Source of the DNA: Eledone cirrhosa
Lineage: Eukaryota
Direction: 5' to 3'
Assembly (NCBI GenBank): GCA_964016885.1
Contig: OZ024742.1
Location: 142,662,001 to 142,726,000, forward strand
DNA: 64,000 nt
Program-made: the position numbers and the translations under genes
The notes under the pieces: model-generated
Told to the model about the DNA's origin: nothing
Seen by the model: only the letters and a program-made list of their open reading frames with translations
The model's database searches: none
Shown here: piece by piece, positions 11,901 to 24,361 of the stretch
Numbering within the stretch: the first letter of the stretch is position 1
How the letters are laid out: every line of letters starts with the position of its first letter

Positions 11901-11977
11901 TTATTTCTGAAGACGGCATATGTATGTGTGCATGCCAATTCTAACACATATATGTCCTAGAAACGATCGTTAAATAA
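11901..11977 (+). ncRNA. Minimal type I hammerhead ribozyme fold
   Basis: TTATTT-CTGAAGA-c-GGCATATG...CATATATGTCC-ta-GAAA-CGATCG-TT/AAATAA. Palindromic helix III (ACGATCGT); stem I TTATTT/AAATAA. Confidence 0.65.
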
Positions 11978-12175
11978 TGAACTTTTTTTGTTTAATATAA
12001 GGAACTGTTTCATTGTTTTATTCATTATTTTTTTAATACTTTATCTTGACTCTGTATTCCGTTTATCTTTCACCGAAAGTGATTTTTGAATGCATCTCTT
12101 CTTTCCATGATATCCGGATTACATTGAGTTCTTCATACGGATTGGACACTACCGTAAACTTTTGGTAGATTTATC

Positions 12176-12257
<82 letters not shown>

Positions 12258-12259
12258 CA

Positions 12260-12331
<72 letters not shown>

Positions 12332-12370
12332 CATACATATATCATATATATATATATACATACATATATC

Positions 12371-12401
<31 letters not shown>

Positions 12402-12402
<1 letters not shown>

Positions 12403-12495
12403 CATCATCATCACCGTTTTACATCCATTCTTCCACGCTAGCATGGGTTAGACGGGTTGTCCTGTTGTGGGCAATGTTAGGTTGGATGACCTTGT

Positions 12496-12497
<2 letters not shown>
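12402..12497 (-). mobile_element. RTE family A terminal 3' fragment
   Basis: (ATC)n-ACCGTTTTAC..TTCCACGCTAGCATGGGTTAGACGGG. Confidence 0.85.
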
Positions 12498-12545
<48 letters not shown>

Positions 12546-13019
12546 ATATAGAAATGGCTTCTACAGGACTAGAACTGTTTCATTCTCCTGAATGAAATTG
12601 TAGTCCTGTATTGTAATCATGTATTTCTATATTAAATATTTATACTCTGCTATGTATTGAGTACCTTACTTACTGTTTTTACCCCCGATTGAACCCAGTA
12701 TAAACTTATATATATATATATATATACACACACACATATCATACATATATATATATCATCATCGTTCAACATCCATCTTCCACACTAGCATGGGTAGGGT
12801 AGGTTGACCCTTAGATAAAAAAATCAAGTCAGAGGACCATGTTTTAGCTTTCTACAGCCGGGTGCCCCAAGCCGGGTGCCCCAAGCAGAACCAAACAAGG
12901 TCATAGATGTTATCCAACCATCTTACTTATTGTCTACCTCTGGATCTCCTAGTTGGCTTTACCCTTAAAATATGTCTTATAATTCTTTACTTAGACATTC
13001 TAACCACATGTAATTGCTA

Positions 13020-13985
13020 TTAACATTAACAGCATATGTTGACCTTCTTGACAAAATGTAACATTTCCATTTCCAGAGCCTATATGTTAGACTGGTATTA
13101 AGAACATACAATCAATGTTGATATTTCTTGACAAAACATACCATTTTCAGAACCTATCAATAATAATGTATGTTAACTTTCTTGACAAAATCAAACATTT
13201 TTAAAACCTATATGTAACACTATCATTATTAACAACATAATAAAGTACCAGTAATGCACTGGGTAATTTCTGGCCTTGTGCCAAAAGTAGAAACAATTAT
13301 TAATAACATACAATCATTGCTGAACATGCTTAACAAAAGGAAACATTTTCAGAAACTAAATATAACACTGGTATTACTATTAATATTAACAAGGAGGTAA
13401 ATTGGCAGAGTTGCTTGGACATTGGACTAAATATGTCTTGGTATTTATACTGGTTTACTGTGCTCTAAGCTCAAATTCTGCCAAGACCAACTCCGCTTTT
13501 CATCCTTTTTGAAGTTGATAAATAAAGTATGATCCCAGTTCTGGGATTGGCCCCCCCCCCCTCCCTCTCGCTCTCTCTCTTTCTGAAAGAAATCAGTTAT
13601 GTTCTGACCTGGAGAGGTATGTGTTGAATCAGGTTTAAAGTGCCCAAGACACATCATGTGTCAGGATGGCAACCCTACAAATCCAACGAGAGTAAAAGGC
13701 CCTTTATTTTCTTAGTTTTCATTACTATTACAACTTACAATATATGATGACTCTGGATAAAATTATTTCTAATTTAGGCACAAGTCCAACAATTCGGGGT
13801 AAGGTAAAGTTAAAACATTCTTAGAAATATATATAGCATTGCCATTAACATTAACAACATATCTATGTTATTTTTCTTGAAAAATATAACATTTTCAAGT
13901 AACTATAAATAACCTTAGTATAAACAACACACAAATCTATGTTGATGTTTCTTGACAAAATGGAACATTCTCAGAAACTATGAAT
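13020..13985. repeat. Degenerate ~60-80 bp minisatellite, interrupted by SINE pieces
   Basis: TGTTGA..TTTCTTGACAAAA...AACATTTTCAGAA motif at ~13037, 13116, 13171, 13318, 13866 and 13940. Confidence 0.6.
13392..13560 (+). mobile_element. Degraded tRNA-derived SINE (same type as 54946-55131)
   Basis: GGAGGTAAATTGGCAGA head, GCTCAAATTCTGCC B-box-like motif, GCTTTTCATCCTTTT..GATAAATAAAGTA core. Confidence 0.6.
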
Positions 13986-14737
13986 AGTATAAATTCTTAA
14001 CATTCTGTAATGATGTAGCAGAAAATATCTAAAAACAAGCTTGTTAATTCAAGTGGAGAGTTTTTTTGGAAAGTTTGCAGTATTAGAGTAAAGACTTCAA
14101 TTTTGTTAATGTAATTCAACCATAAAGCTGTTTTGTACTTTTCAAGAATATCTGGCTAATGTGGTTTCATGCAGTACAGGGTGTTAAGAGTTAATATAAT
14201 CTAAATTGGCTTACATATAATATATAATCTAAGTTGGCTTTCTTGTATTTGTGTGTATGTGTATATTATTGTTGTTACTATTATTGGGATTATCCTAGCA
14301 TGTTGTTGTTGCTGTAGGAGCTGTTCTTATTGTTTTAAAAAAGCCACACCACCCTCCGTTCCTAAAAATATATCTCCCCATTTAAAAAAAACAAAAAAAA
14401 AACAATGTAAGCTTAAACAGTGAATTTATATCATCACTATAAATTTTCTAGTTGTCTTTTCTTTTTACTGATGTTATTTGTGTTGTTGTAATCTTTGACC
14501 TTGTCCTTCTTGTCATTGCTGTTATAACAAAAGAAATGAAAAGGGGAAAACAAAATAACCATCCCACCCCATCCTCACCGCCACAGCAATTAACTTTAAT
14601 CTCCATCATTCATTAATGTTGTTACAGTTTTTCAAGAGATTTACTTAAACCCTGATCTATGCATTATACTTTCTTTTGCTTCTTCATTTCAGGGTAAAAA
14701 AAAACACAAAAAAAAAATAATAATAATAATCCAAACA

Positions 14738-14751
14738 ATTGCCATAGTAAC
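14738..14751. promoter_or_regulatory. Candidate RFX X-box
   Basis: ATTGCCATAGTAAC fits the RYYNYY-N2-RRNRAC X-box consensus and lies ~340 bp upstream of a candidate start exon in non-repetitive DNA. Confidence 0.35.
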
Positions 14752-15087
14752 CTAAACCTATTAATAAATTCATCCACTCATCCTCTGCTACTCACTCCCA
14801 CACCCAAATCCACTCCAGTCTGGCCCATCACCTTCTTTAAACACCTGTAGTAACTAACATACATCCATAAACATTTCATAACATTTTAATCGAACTTTAC
14901 TTAACCATGGAAAAGGAATATTTGGAGCAGTCTTTCTGACTTTGAAATAACTGTATTAGGAGGGTATTTATCTCCTTCTTTCCCTTTCCTATTCTCTCTC
15001 TTTCTATCTCTCTCTTTCTCCCTTTGTCTGGTTTTTTTTTTTTTACTTGTTTCTCTCCTTCCATTCTTGCTATTGAAAACCTCCAAT

Positions 15088-15331
15088 ATGGCAGCCCGAA
15101 ACAGTACTTATATAGAGGATGAGGAAGAAGATGAAGCAGAGGAAATACCAGAAATATTCGAGAGGAATATCTCACACACAAAACCAGTGTATGGAAGCAT
15201 TGTACGCGACAATAGGAAGATGACCGCTGATGCAGTTTATGCATCAACCTCCAGAGAAATTTACCCAAAGAGTAAATACTACTCAACAGAATCAAGCTAT
15301 GGATTCGCAAGCAGCCTAACCATGACATCAG
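15088..15331 (+). CDS. Candidate first coding exon of an unidentified host gene (acidic/Ser-rich N-terminus)
   Basis: AATATGG start; 81 codons MAARNSTYIEDEEEDEAEEIPEIFERN...SSLTMTS with no transposon motifs; ends at a strong donor CAG/GTATGT (phase 1). Confidence 0.55.
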
Positions 15332-15375
15332 GTATGTAACAAAATATATCTATAACATCATAACATACACACATG

Positions 15376-15413
<38 letters not shown>

Positions 15414-15829
15414 ATATATATATATATATATATACAATATATATATATACACACACACATATATGTGTGTGTGTGTGTGTGTACACTCATACATGTGAAT
15501 GTTTATGAGTGTTGTGTGTGTATATACATTTTTTGCATCAAACTTGATATAATAAGACTTTGTGTTTTTGCATCTCTGAGTTTATCTTGTCATTTCTTAA
15601 ACTATATATACATATATATAAACTATATGTAGTAAACGGTTCTCTAACTGCTATAGATCAGTCAATATATCGATATGATTAACCCTCCAAAACGATCGTA
15701 AAACAATGAAGCAGATATGTAAAATAACTTGCCTTTGTTATCATTGTTAAATAAAATAATATGTAATATATCAGACATGTGTAATGAGTAGTTTTGTAGG
15801 TCAATTAAAAATGCCTGAAAAGAAGGTCT

Positions 15830-15888
<59 letters not shown>

Positions 15889-16034
15889 GATAAATAAATG
15901 CCATTGTTAAATAATAAATAAATCAACTAATACCTTAACACTTCACACAAAATAAAACATTTCGTTTTAATCATTTTCTAACCCAGAAAAAAAGAGAGAG
16001 AAATAAAAAAGGAAAAAAATATATTTTTCTTCCT

Positions 16035-16935
16035 AATAATCGTCTCTTTCTTATTCCTGAGAGGATCATTGGGGCAGAGTCTTCAAATACTCCTTCCAGT
16101 GGGTCTTGTCAGAAGCAACCATCTCCAACTGATCCAGCTGGATCCCCAAGTGAGACCAGCCAGCCATCATGCTTGGGGGTCTACAACTGGGTCTCCTGCC
16201 TGTTGGTTTTGCCTGTCAAATCTGTTCAGCAATTCTTTCCTGAGACATTCTAACCACATGCCCATAGTATTGGAGCTGTGATCTCTCAATTCGGAGATGT
16301 AGTGGCTCGACGCGGAGTGACTCTCTGATCTCCAATTTATGCACTGTATCGAGTAACGTTACTCCAAAGACCCTTCAGAGGAATCCCATTTCAGCGGCTA
16401 GTATTTGCGATCGTATTTTTTTGGTCATTACCCAAGATTCATGACCATAGGTAAGGGTTGGCATGAATACCGAATTGAAGGAAGCAAATTTGGCTTTTAC
16501 ATCTACCTCCCTTCTTTTGATTACCGAATGCTGAAGCTGGCGCATTACTGCACAAGCTCTTGCAATTCTTGCACTTAATTCAGCCTCCTGCCTTCCATCA
16601 CTAGTGAACACAGCACCAAGATACTTGAACTTCTCTACCTGCATCAGCGGAACTCCATTCATATGTAAAGTGCACTGCACAGGCTTCCTTGAGAGGACAA
16701 GTGCCTCAGTTTCGAGCACTGATTTTCATTCCAGCCATGCATCACTCAGCATCAAACCTATCAAGTGCAAGTCATAGATCATCTTCTGTTGAGTTAAGTA
16801 ACACCATGTCATCTGCAAATTCTAGCCGACTGATTGTATACCCGCCAGTCATGATACCACTTCCAACCCGGCTGCGCATGTCAATCCTGTTCATTAAATA
16901 ATGACAGTATGCACCCTTGGCGGAGTCTGATTCCC
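16035..16935 (-). mobile_element. Degraded RTE-clade LINE fragment from a different family (no PHD insert)
   Basis: RLEFADDMVLL, QVEKFKYLG..FTSDG, PTLTYGHESW; frameshifted. Confidence 0.8.
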
Positions 16936-17135
16936 ACATTGAATTTAACATCATTTATCTGTACACAAAGACATTAAACAAATTTTATCGTTTATTGTAT
17001 TTTGTTATATTATATCTTCTCTCTCTCTTACTCATCTTACCTTGCTCTGAACCACATGCACTACAGTAAAACTACATAATCCACTATACATACAAATATG
17101 TTGTTTGAGATACACCAACGCATTATTTATATATA

Positions 17136-17425
17136 TATCATCATTTTACGTCCGCTTTTCCCTGCTTCCAAGGGTGGGACGGATCTTATTCAGCACAGCA
17201 TCTCTCCACTAGTCACGGTCCTTCGTCATCCCCTCCATGAGCTTCAGCGATCTGAGGTCTACTCTCACCACCTACGACCATGTTTTTCGTGGTCTTCCTC
17301 TACTGCATCTTCCTTCTACTGGGATTTCTTGGCACTTCTTTACCTAGCGGTCATCCTCCGTGCGCATCACATGTCCATACCATCCCAATCTTCTCTCCCG
17401 CACACTCTTATACACAGTTTCTCTA
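17136..17425 (-). mobile_element. RTE family C 3' fragment
   Basis: Reverse complement matches 41395-41679 (TTTTACGTCCGCTTTTCCCTGC...). Confidence 0.85.
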
Positions 17426-17477
17426 ATATATATATTATCTATATATATTATATATATATATATAGATATATATATAT

Positions 17478-17712
17478 CGTCATCATCATCATCATCGTTT
17501 AACATCTATTTTCCACTCTAGCATGGTTTAGACGGGAATTGTCCCATTTGAGGAACGATTAGTCGGGAGACCATGTCTCGCTCATATAGGGCTATCTGGC
17601 AGGTTTTCTACGGTTGGATGCCCTTCCTAACACCAACCACATTTACAGTGTGGACTGGGAGCTTTTTACCGTGTTATCTACACAACCACATCACAGTGTG
17701 GAGTGGGTTTTT
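17478..17712 (-). mobile_element. RTE family B 3' UTR fragment
   Basis: (ATC)n-GTTTAAC, GGATGCCCTTCCTAACACCAACCACATTTACAG. Confidence 0.85.
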
Positions 17713-17786
17713 TTTCCTTTCTCTCTTTCCTTCCTTTTTTTTTTCTTTCCCTTTTTTTATATATAATATATATATATATTATATAT

Positions 17787-19881
17787 ATCATCATCATCAT
17801 CTTCGTTTAACGTCTATCTTCCACGTTAGCATGGGTTAGATGGGAGTTGTCCCACTTAAGGCATTTATTTGGACTGGATATTGTGGTACCAATTTTACAG
17901 AGAGGGTGGTGTTAGTGGGAGTGGGAGGATAGGGTAGGTGTAGTGGATCGGGGTGTATATTTGGTTATGAGGTGCCTACTGACTGTAGGTTTCGCTTTGT
18001 ACATAGACAAGGCGGGTCTTCTGTATTAATGCGTAGCGCCAAAGATCTCGGTCCAGTGACATTGTCTTAGAGAGGTGCAAGTGTTAAGGTTGGAATTTAT
18101 CAAATCATCCCAGATTTTTCTGGGTCTACCTACTCCATAACTACCATCAATTTTGATCGCCCTGCACCTTTTTATACAGCTGTCATCTTTCATGCGCAAC
18201 ACATGACCATACCAACATAGTCTTCTCTCGAGTAAACAGCATCTGAGCCCTCTTGTTCCTAATTTCTCACTTAGTTCATTTATGCTATGCCATTCACGTA
18301 TATTACTATTACACATCCAACAGAGCATGCATGCTTCGTTCCTTTCCAGTCTGCGCAGGTCCTCTGCACGCAATGCCCATGTCTCATTGCCATGTAGCAT
18401 TGCTGTTTGTATACAGGCATCATACAATCTGCCTTTCATTTTTAGAGAGAAACCGTTTGTGGCCAACAGCGGTATAAGCTCTCTGAACTTTTTCTATCCC
18501 GTTCTGACTCTGGCTACTGTACTTTCAGAGTACCTTCCACCACTGCTGATTTTGTCACCCAGGTAACAGAAAGTGCCCACTATTTCTATAGAACCATCTG
18601 GGCAATAGAAGGAGCTAGTATCCTGTGGGCACTTGCTACTTATTGCACATGAGCATCGGCCACATATAAAGTCTACGTTCTTAGATAGTTTACCTGTGAT
18701 CCCACTACATCTTTTATGTACCCATAGTTTGCATTTGGGACATAAAATGGAATTTTTGCCTACTCCTTTCCTACACAGAGCATGGCCATTTCCCTGAAGG
18801 CACCTGTGCCCTATTTTCCTTTCTACAAACTAGAACTTTAGTCTTAGACAAGTTAACTTTAAGGCCTTTTGATTCTAGGCCGTGCTTCCATGTTTGGAAT
18901 TTCTTCTCTAGTTCAGCCATAGATTCAGCTATGAGCGTTAGATCATCTGCGTATATGAGTTCCCATGGGCAGCCGGTCTTAAACTCCTCTGTTATAGCCT
19001 GAAGGGCAATAATAAACAGGAGGGGGCTAAGGACAGAGCCTTGATAACACCAACTTTTACACTAAATTCTTCACAATATTCATTGTTAATTCTTACCTTA
19101 CTGACTGTTTCTTTATACATAGCTTGTATAGCTCTCACAAGCCATTCATCTACACCTAGTTTTCTAAGAGCCCACCAGATAATGGAGCTGGGGACTCTGT
19201 CAAAGGCTTTCTCCAGGTCTACAAAAGCTAAGTAGAGGGGTTTACTTTTAGCTAGGTACTTCTCCTGTAGTTGTCGTAGAAGGAAAAGAGCGTCTGTGGT
19301 ACTTCTACCTGACACAAACCCAAACTGCATTTCATCTAGATCAATTCGCTCTCTGATTAGTTGCACTATAACTCTTTCTGTGACCTTCATGACCTGGTCA
19401 ACTTACTTAATGCCTCTATAGTTTCCTCTATCTAGAGCATCCCCTTTACCCTTGTAGCAGTTAATGATGATGATGCTGCTACGGCAGTCTTTCGGTATGA
19501 CCCCATTCTGTATTACTTCGTTAACTATACAGGTAACCATAGCATGTCCCACCATTCCAGATGCGTTCAACATCTCAGCAACTATCTCTGAAGGCCCAGC
19601 TGCCTTGTCTGTCTTCATATCTTTGATTGCCTTACTTATTATACTACCTTTAACTTGCACCGCTGGTCCTTCTATTGGATCGATTTGGGGCAGACTATCT
19701 TTTCCCATTTATTCTCCTCATTTAATAGTTTCTCATAGTGACACTTCCAAGCTATCTTCTTATCAGTAGCAGTGGGGACAAGTACACCGTTATCATTACG
19801 GACACACTTCTCCCCGACAATATCATGGTTTTCCTTGACGCATTGTCTAGCAATACTGAACACCTCACGTTTTTGGTCCCT
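17787..19881 (-). mobile_element. RTE family B, 5'-truncated and frameshifted
   Basis: ORF pieces 19672-19917, 19403-19708, 18992-19390 and 18026-18466 match ORF2 in order; partly deleted 3' UTR with (ATC)n. Confidence 0.9.
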
Positions 19882-19890
19882 GTATATATA

Positions 19891-20769
19891 CAGGGTGCGG
19901 ACAATATTTGTTCGCAAGATTACTGTCTAGGAAAAAATAACACAGTAGATTTATTTTTTAAGATATATTTATCAAACTTGGGTCAGTTTGTCTTCATGAC
20001 TTGTTCTTTCGATCTCACTCGATAAACCCGCCATTAGCTTTGATGACGGCCTCAAGGCGGCCTCGGAACCGGCTACAGGCCTTCATCACTGTCCCCTGAC
20101 TTAGGCCCTTAAAGGCACTTGTGATCCTGGCCTTCAGATCGTCTTTCATATTACATCTAGATCTGTTGGTGTCTCGTTCCACTGCGCCCCCACACAAAGA
20201 AGTCGAGGGTGAGCAGTCAGGTGAGCTGGGAGGCCAGATGTCAGGTGAAGCGTGGTCAACAAAGTTCTCTGACAGCCAGGCTTGGGTCTTTCGGCTGGTA
20301 TGGCAGGGCGCTGAGTCTTGCTGCCACATTTACGGCCTACCTGCAGCTACCTGGTCAATCCAGGGCTTTACTACCTCGCTCAGAACGCGGATGTAGCCAT
20401 CGGTGTTCAGCTTGAGGCCCTCAGGGAAGAAGTGAGGTGGCATGATGTCACCTTGACTGCTGACGACACCTAAGACCAATGTTGTTGCTGGAAACTTTGT
20501 CTGCATAACTCTGGGCACGTCTTTGGATGAGACACCATTCTCCTGCTGACGCTGAGAAAGTCTGAAATTTCCTTATTTGTCCTCCCGGCGCAGATTCCAA
20601 GAACTCCGTATCTCTTGGAGGTTCAAAATTATTCATAATCAATTATTCTGAAAATAAATAATGGAAATATAGTCACTGTTTTTATGAAGACAAGAGTGAC
20701 AACGGAGGTAAAAAAAATTTGCATAAAATTAGCAGTTGAAAATTGAGAACAAATATCATCCGCACCCTG
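19891..20769 (-). mobile_element. Tc1/mariner-superfamily DD37D (maT-type) transposon, internally deleted
   Basis: TIRs CAGGGTGCGGACAATATTTGTTC / GAACAAATATCATCCGCACCCTG with TA on both sides. Transposase WQQDSAPCH...WPPSSPDCSP(LD) gives D-37-D spacing after correcting a 1-bp frameshift. Confidence 0.87.
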
Positions 20770-20804
<35 letters not shown>

Positions 20805-21404
20805 ATATATATATATATATTATATATATATTATATATAAATATATGAAAAATGGCGAGCTGCGTGGTTGCACATGGGTTACATATGAATAAAATTAGTC
20901 CGTCATCAGTGATCTTCCAACCTTCATTGGTATTTCTTCACTTTAAAGATACCTCTGGTTGGTGCGAGCAATAACTAAAGAAAGTTATTGGGACACGTAA
21001 AATAGGGTGAAGCGAACGAGACATGTAAACAAACATAGATGGAAATGCAACGGAAAGAGAGGAAGAGAAGAGACAAGTCCATGATATCTATGAACTTAAC
21101 CTCGGTGAAATCATAGACGAGAGGTAAAGACCATCCGACCTGGGCGAGATGTGAGCGAGAAAAGTATTTCACACAGGTCAAACGGGAGGAAATGAGAGAG
21201 TGAGTGAAAGGGTGAGGAAGAAGCCATCTGAGAGAGAGTGACTGGCAGAGGGGGTAAAAAGAAGGTGAGAGATACAGAGAAAGGGGAAGCAGTAAGAAAG
21301 AAACAGACAGGTCGCAGCGGAGGAAAAAATATAAATATATGAAAAATGGCGAGCTGCGTGGTTGCACATGAGTATATATATATATATATTATATATAGAT
21401 ATAT

Positions 21405-21435
<31 letters not shown>

Positions 21436-21478
21436 ATATTATATTATAAAATTATATTATATATTATATATTATATTA

Positions 21479-22308
21479 TAAAAATGAAAGGCAGGCTGTA
21501 TGATGCCTGCATACGAACAGCAATGTTACATGGCTATGAGACCTGGGCATTGTGTGCAGAGGATATACGCAGACTGGAGAGAAACGAAGCTTGCATGCTC
21601 CGCTGGATGTGTAATAGTAATATACGTGAACGGCAAAGCATAAACGAACTAAGGGAGAAATTAGAAATAAGAGGGATCAGATGTTGTTTACACTCGAGAG
21701 AAGACTACATTGGTATGGTCACGTGATGCGCATGAAAGACGACAGCTGTATAAAAAAGTGCAGGGCAATAAAAATAGATGGTAGCCACGGAGTAGGCAGA
21801 CCCAGAAAAACCTGGGACGACTTGATAAATTCCAACCTCACACACTTACACCTCTCCAAGACAATGTCACTGGACCGAGATCTTTGGCGCTACACAGTAA
21901 TAGAGAAGACCCGCCTTACCTAAGTGCAAACTGAAACCTACTACAGTCAGTAGGCATCTCTAACAAAATACACCCCCGTCCCAATACCCCCACCCCATCC
22001 ACACCACCCCTTTCAATGTAAAGTTATGTTGGTACCACAACATCCAGCCCGAAACAAATGAGGTCGTGTAGGTGTCACGACAAAAAAAACACACAGTCCA
22101 CGCTGTAATGTGGCCGTGTAGGTAACACGGTAAAAACCTCCCAGTCCACACTGTAAATGTCGTTGGTTTTAGGAAGGGCATCCAGCCGTAGAAAACCCGC
22201 CAGACAGTCCTATGCGAGCAAGACAACCACTCTTGCCTCAAGTGGGAAAACTCCCGTCCAAACCCATGCGAGCGTGGAATATGGACGTTAAACGATGATG
22301 ATGATGAT
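21479..22308 (+). mobile_element. RTE family B 3' fragment
   Basis: [18 protein letters not shown]..., 3' UTR and (GAT)n tail. Confidence 0.92.
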
Positions 22309-22348
22309 ATATATATATATTATATATATATATTATATATATACATAT

Positions 22349-22382
<34 letters not shown>

Positions 22383-22664
22383 TGGGGTCGATAAAATAAA
22401 GTACCAGTAATGCACTGGGTAATTGCTGGCCTTGTGCCTAAAGTAGAAACAATTATATGTATATATATTATATGTATATATATTATATATATATATATAT
22501 TATATATATATTATATATATATTATATATATATTATATATATATATTATATATATTATATATATATATTATATATATATTATATATATATATTATATATA
22601 TATATTATATATATATTATATATATATATAATATATATATATATTATATATATAATATATATAT

Positions 22665-22695
<31 letters not shown>

Positions 22696-22738
22696 ATATA
22701 TATATTATATATATATATATTATATATATATAATATAT

Positions 22739-23072
22739 GGAGGCACATGGCTTAGTGATTCGCCTTGTAATCGAAAGGTTGTAAGTTCAATTCTCAGACC
22801 GAGTGATGTGTTGTTTCCTTGAGCAAGACACTTTATTTCACATTGCTCCAGTTTACTCAGCTGTAGAAATGAGATGATAAGGACTGGGGTCCATATCATA
22901 CCACTGCAAAGTGGTCGTGGAGGTGCCACGGAAAAAAAAGGACCCAGCTCTCACTATAAATGAAGTTGGTGTTAGGAAGGGCTTCCAGCTGTAGAAATCA
23001 ACCCAGAATCAGTTCCCGTCCCACCCTTGCAAGCAGGGAAAAGCAGACGTATGATGATGATGATGATGATGA
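22739..23072 (+). mobile_element. tRNA-derived SINE with RTE-derived tail
   Basis: A box TGGCTTAGTG, B box GTTCAATTC, central CCTTGAGCAAGACACTTTATTTCACATTGCTCC, RTE 3' UTR and (GAT)n. Further copies at 25861, 38491 and 50304. Confidence 0.88.
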
Positions 23073-23406
23073 TTATATATATATTTATTATTAAAATAAC
23101 AGAATAAAGTTTAAGCAAAGAATCGCTGCTTTCACCCTTAACAGGATCTTCTGAAACTCTTTATATCATTATTACTATATATATATAATATATAAATATT
23201 ATATATATATATAATATATATATGTTATATATATAATATAATATATATATATAATATATATATGTTATATATATAATATATATATAATATATATATATAA
23301 TATATATATAATATATATATATAATATATATATATATTATATATATATTATATATATATTATATATATATTATATATATATCATATATATATATTATATA
23401 TATATT

Positions 23407-24034
23407 TCCGATGGATGTGTAATAGTAATATACGCGAATGGCAAAGCATAAATGAATTGAGAGAGAGACTGAGCATAAGAGGAATCAAATGCTGTGTGCA
23501 GGAGAGGCGGTTGCGCTGGTATGGACATGTGATGCGTATGAAGGATGACAGCTGCATAAAAAAAAAAGGTGCACTAGAAGTTGATGGAAATCGCAGAGTG
23601 GGGAGACCCAAGAAGACCTGGGATGAGGTGATAAAAGCCGACCTTACCCAATTACACCTCTCAAAGGCGATGACACACGACCGTGACCTCTGGCGTCACG
23701 CAGTAATACAGAAGAGCTGACCCTCCACGGGTACAAGCTGAAGCTGAAGCATATAGACACTATGCCCCCACACCCTCCCACTGCAAAGTGGTCGTGGAGG
23801 TGCCACGGCAAAAAAGTACCCAGCCTACACTGTAAAGTGGACGTGTAGGCCCCACGGAAAAAAAAGCACCCTGCACTCAATGTAAATGAGGTTGGTGTTA
23901 TGAAGGGCATCCAGCTGTAGAAATCAAGCCAGAATCAGTTCCTGTATGAGCAAGACAAGGTCAGTCGACCAGACACTGCCCACAGCAGGACAACCCGTCT
24001 AACCCATGCTAGCGTGGAAGAACGGACGTAAAAC
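23407..24034 (+). mobile_element. RTE family A 3' fragment
   Basis: [17 protein letters not shown]..., matches 6140-6754. Confidence 0.92.
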
Positions 24035-24039
24035 AGAGA

Positions 24040-24146
24040 TGTAGCGAATATTTGGGTTGTAACGATAAGTGGATAGATTGCATTGAAACCATCATACCAA
24101 CAATTCAATCTATCCACTTATCGTTACAACCCAAATATTCGCTGCA
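24040..24146. repeat. Inverted repeat, ~41-bp arms, 25-bp spacer
   Basis: TGTAGCGAATATTTGGGTTGTAACGATAAGTGGATAGATTG / CAATCTATCCACTTATCGTTACAACCCAAATATTCGCTGCA. Confidence 0.9.
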
Positions 24147-24361
24147 ACCAACTTTTCGTACAAACATTTTCAATTTTATGTAACATCACAGTGCATTTTG
24201 CTGCATGTAAATTTATTTTGCTTTGCATGTTTTCTTTCATTTCGCCTGTTTGTAAATGACTTTCATGTATTTTTTCTTACTGATTTTCTTCAACAACACA
24301 CCTAGTCATACCTTTCTTCATTTCACATACACCTAGATCATTCAATCTTTAGCTTTCTCAC

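Noticed and set aside
10540-11919. 459-aa and similar (44733-45752) microsatellite-RT fusion ORFs
   Set aside because: Chance read-through from TA tracts into truncated LINE frames; no evidence of a real chimeric gene.
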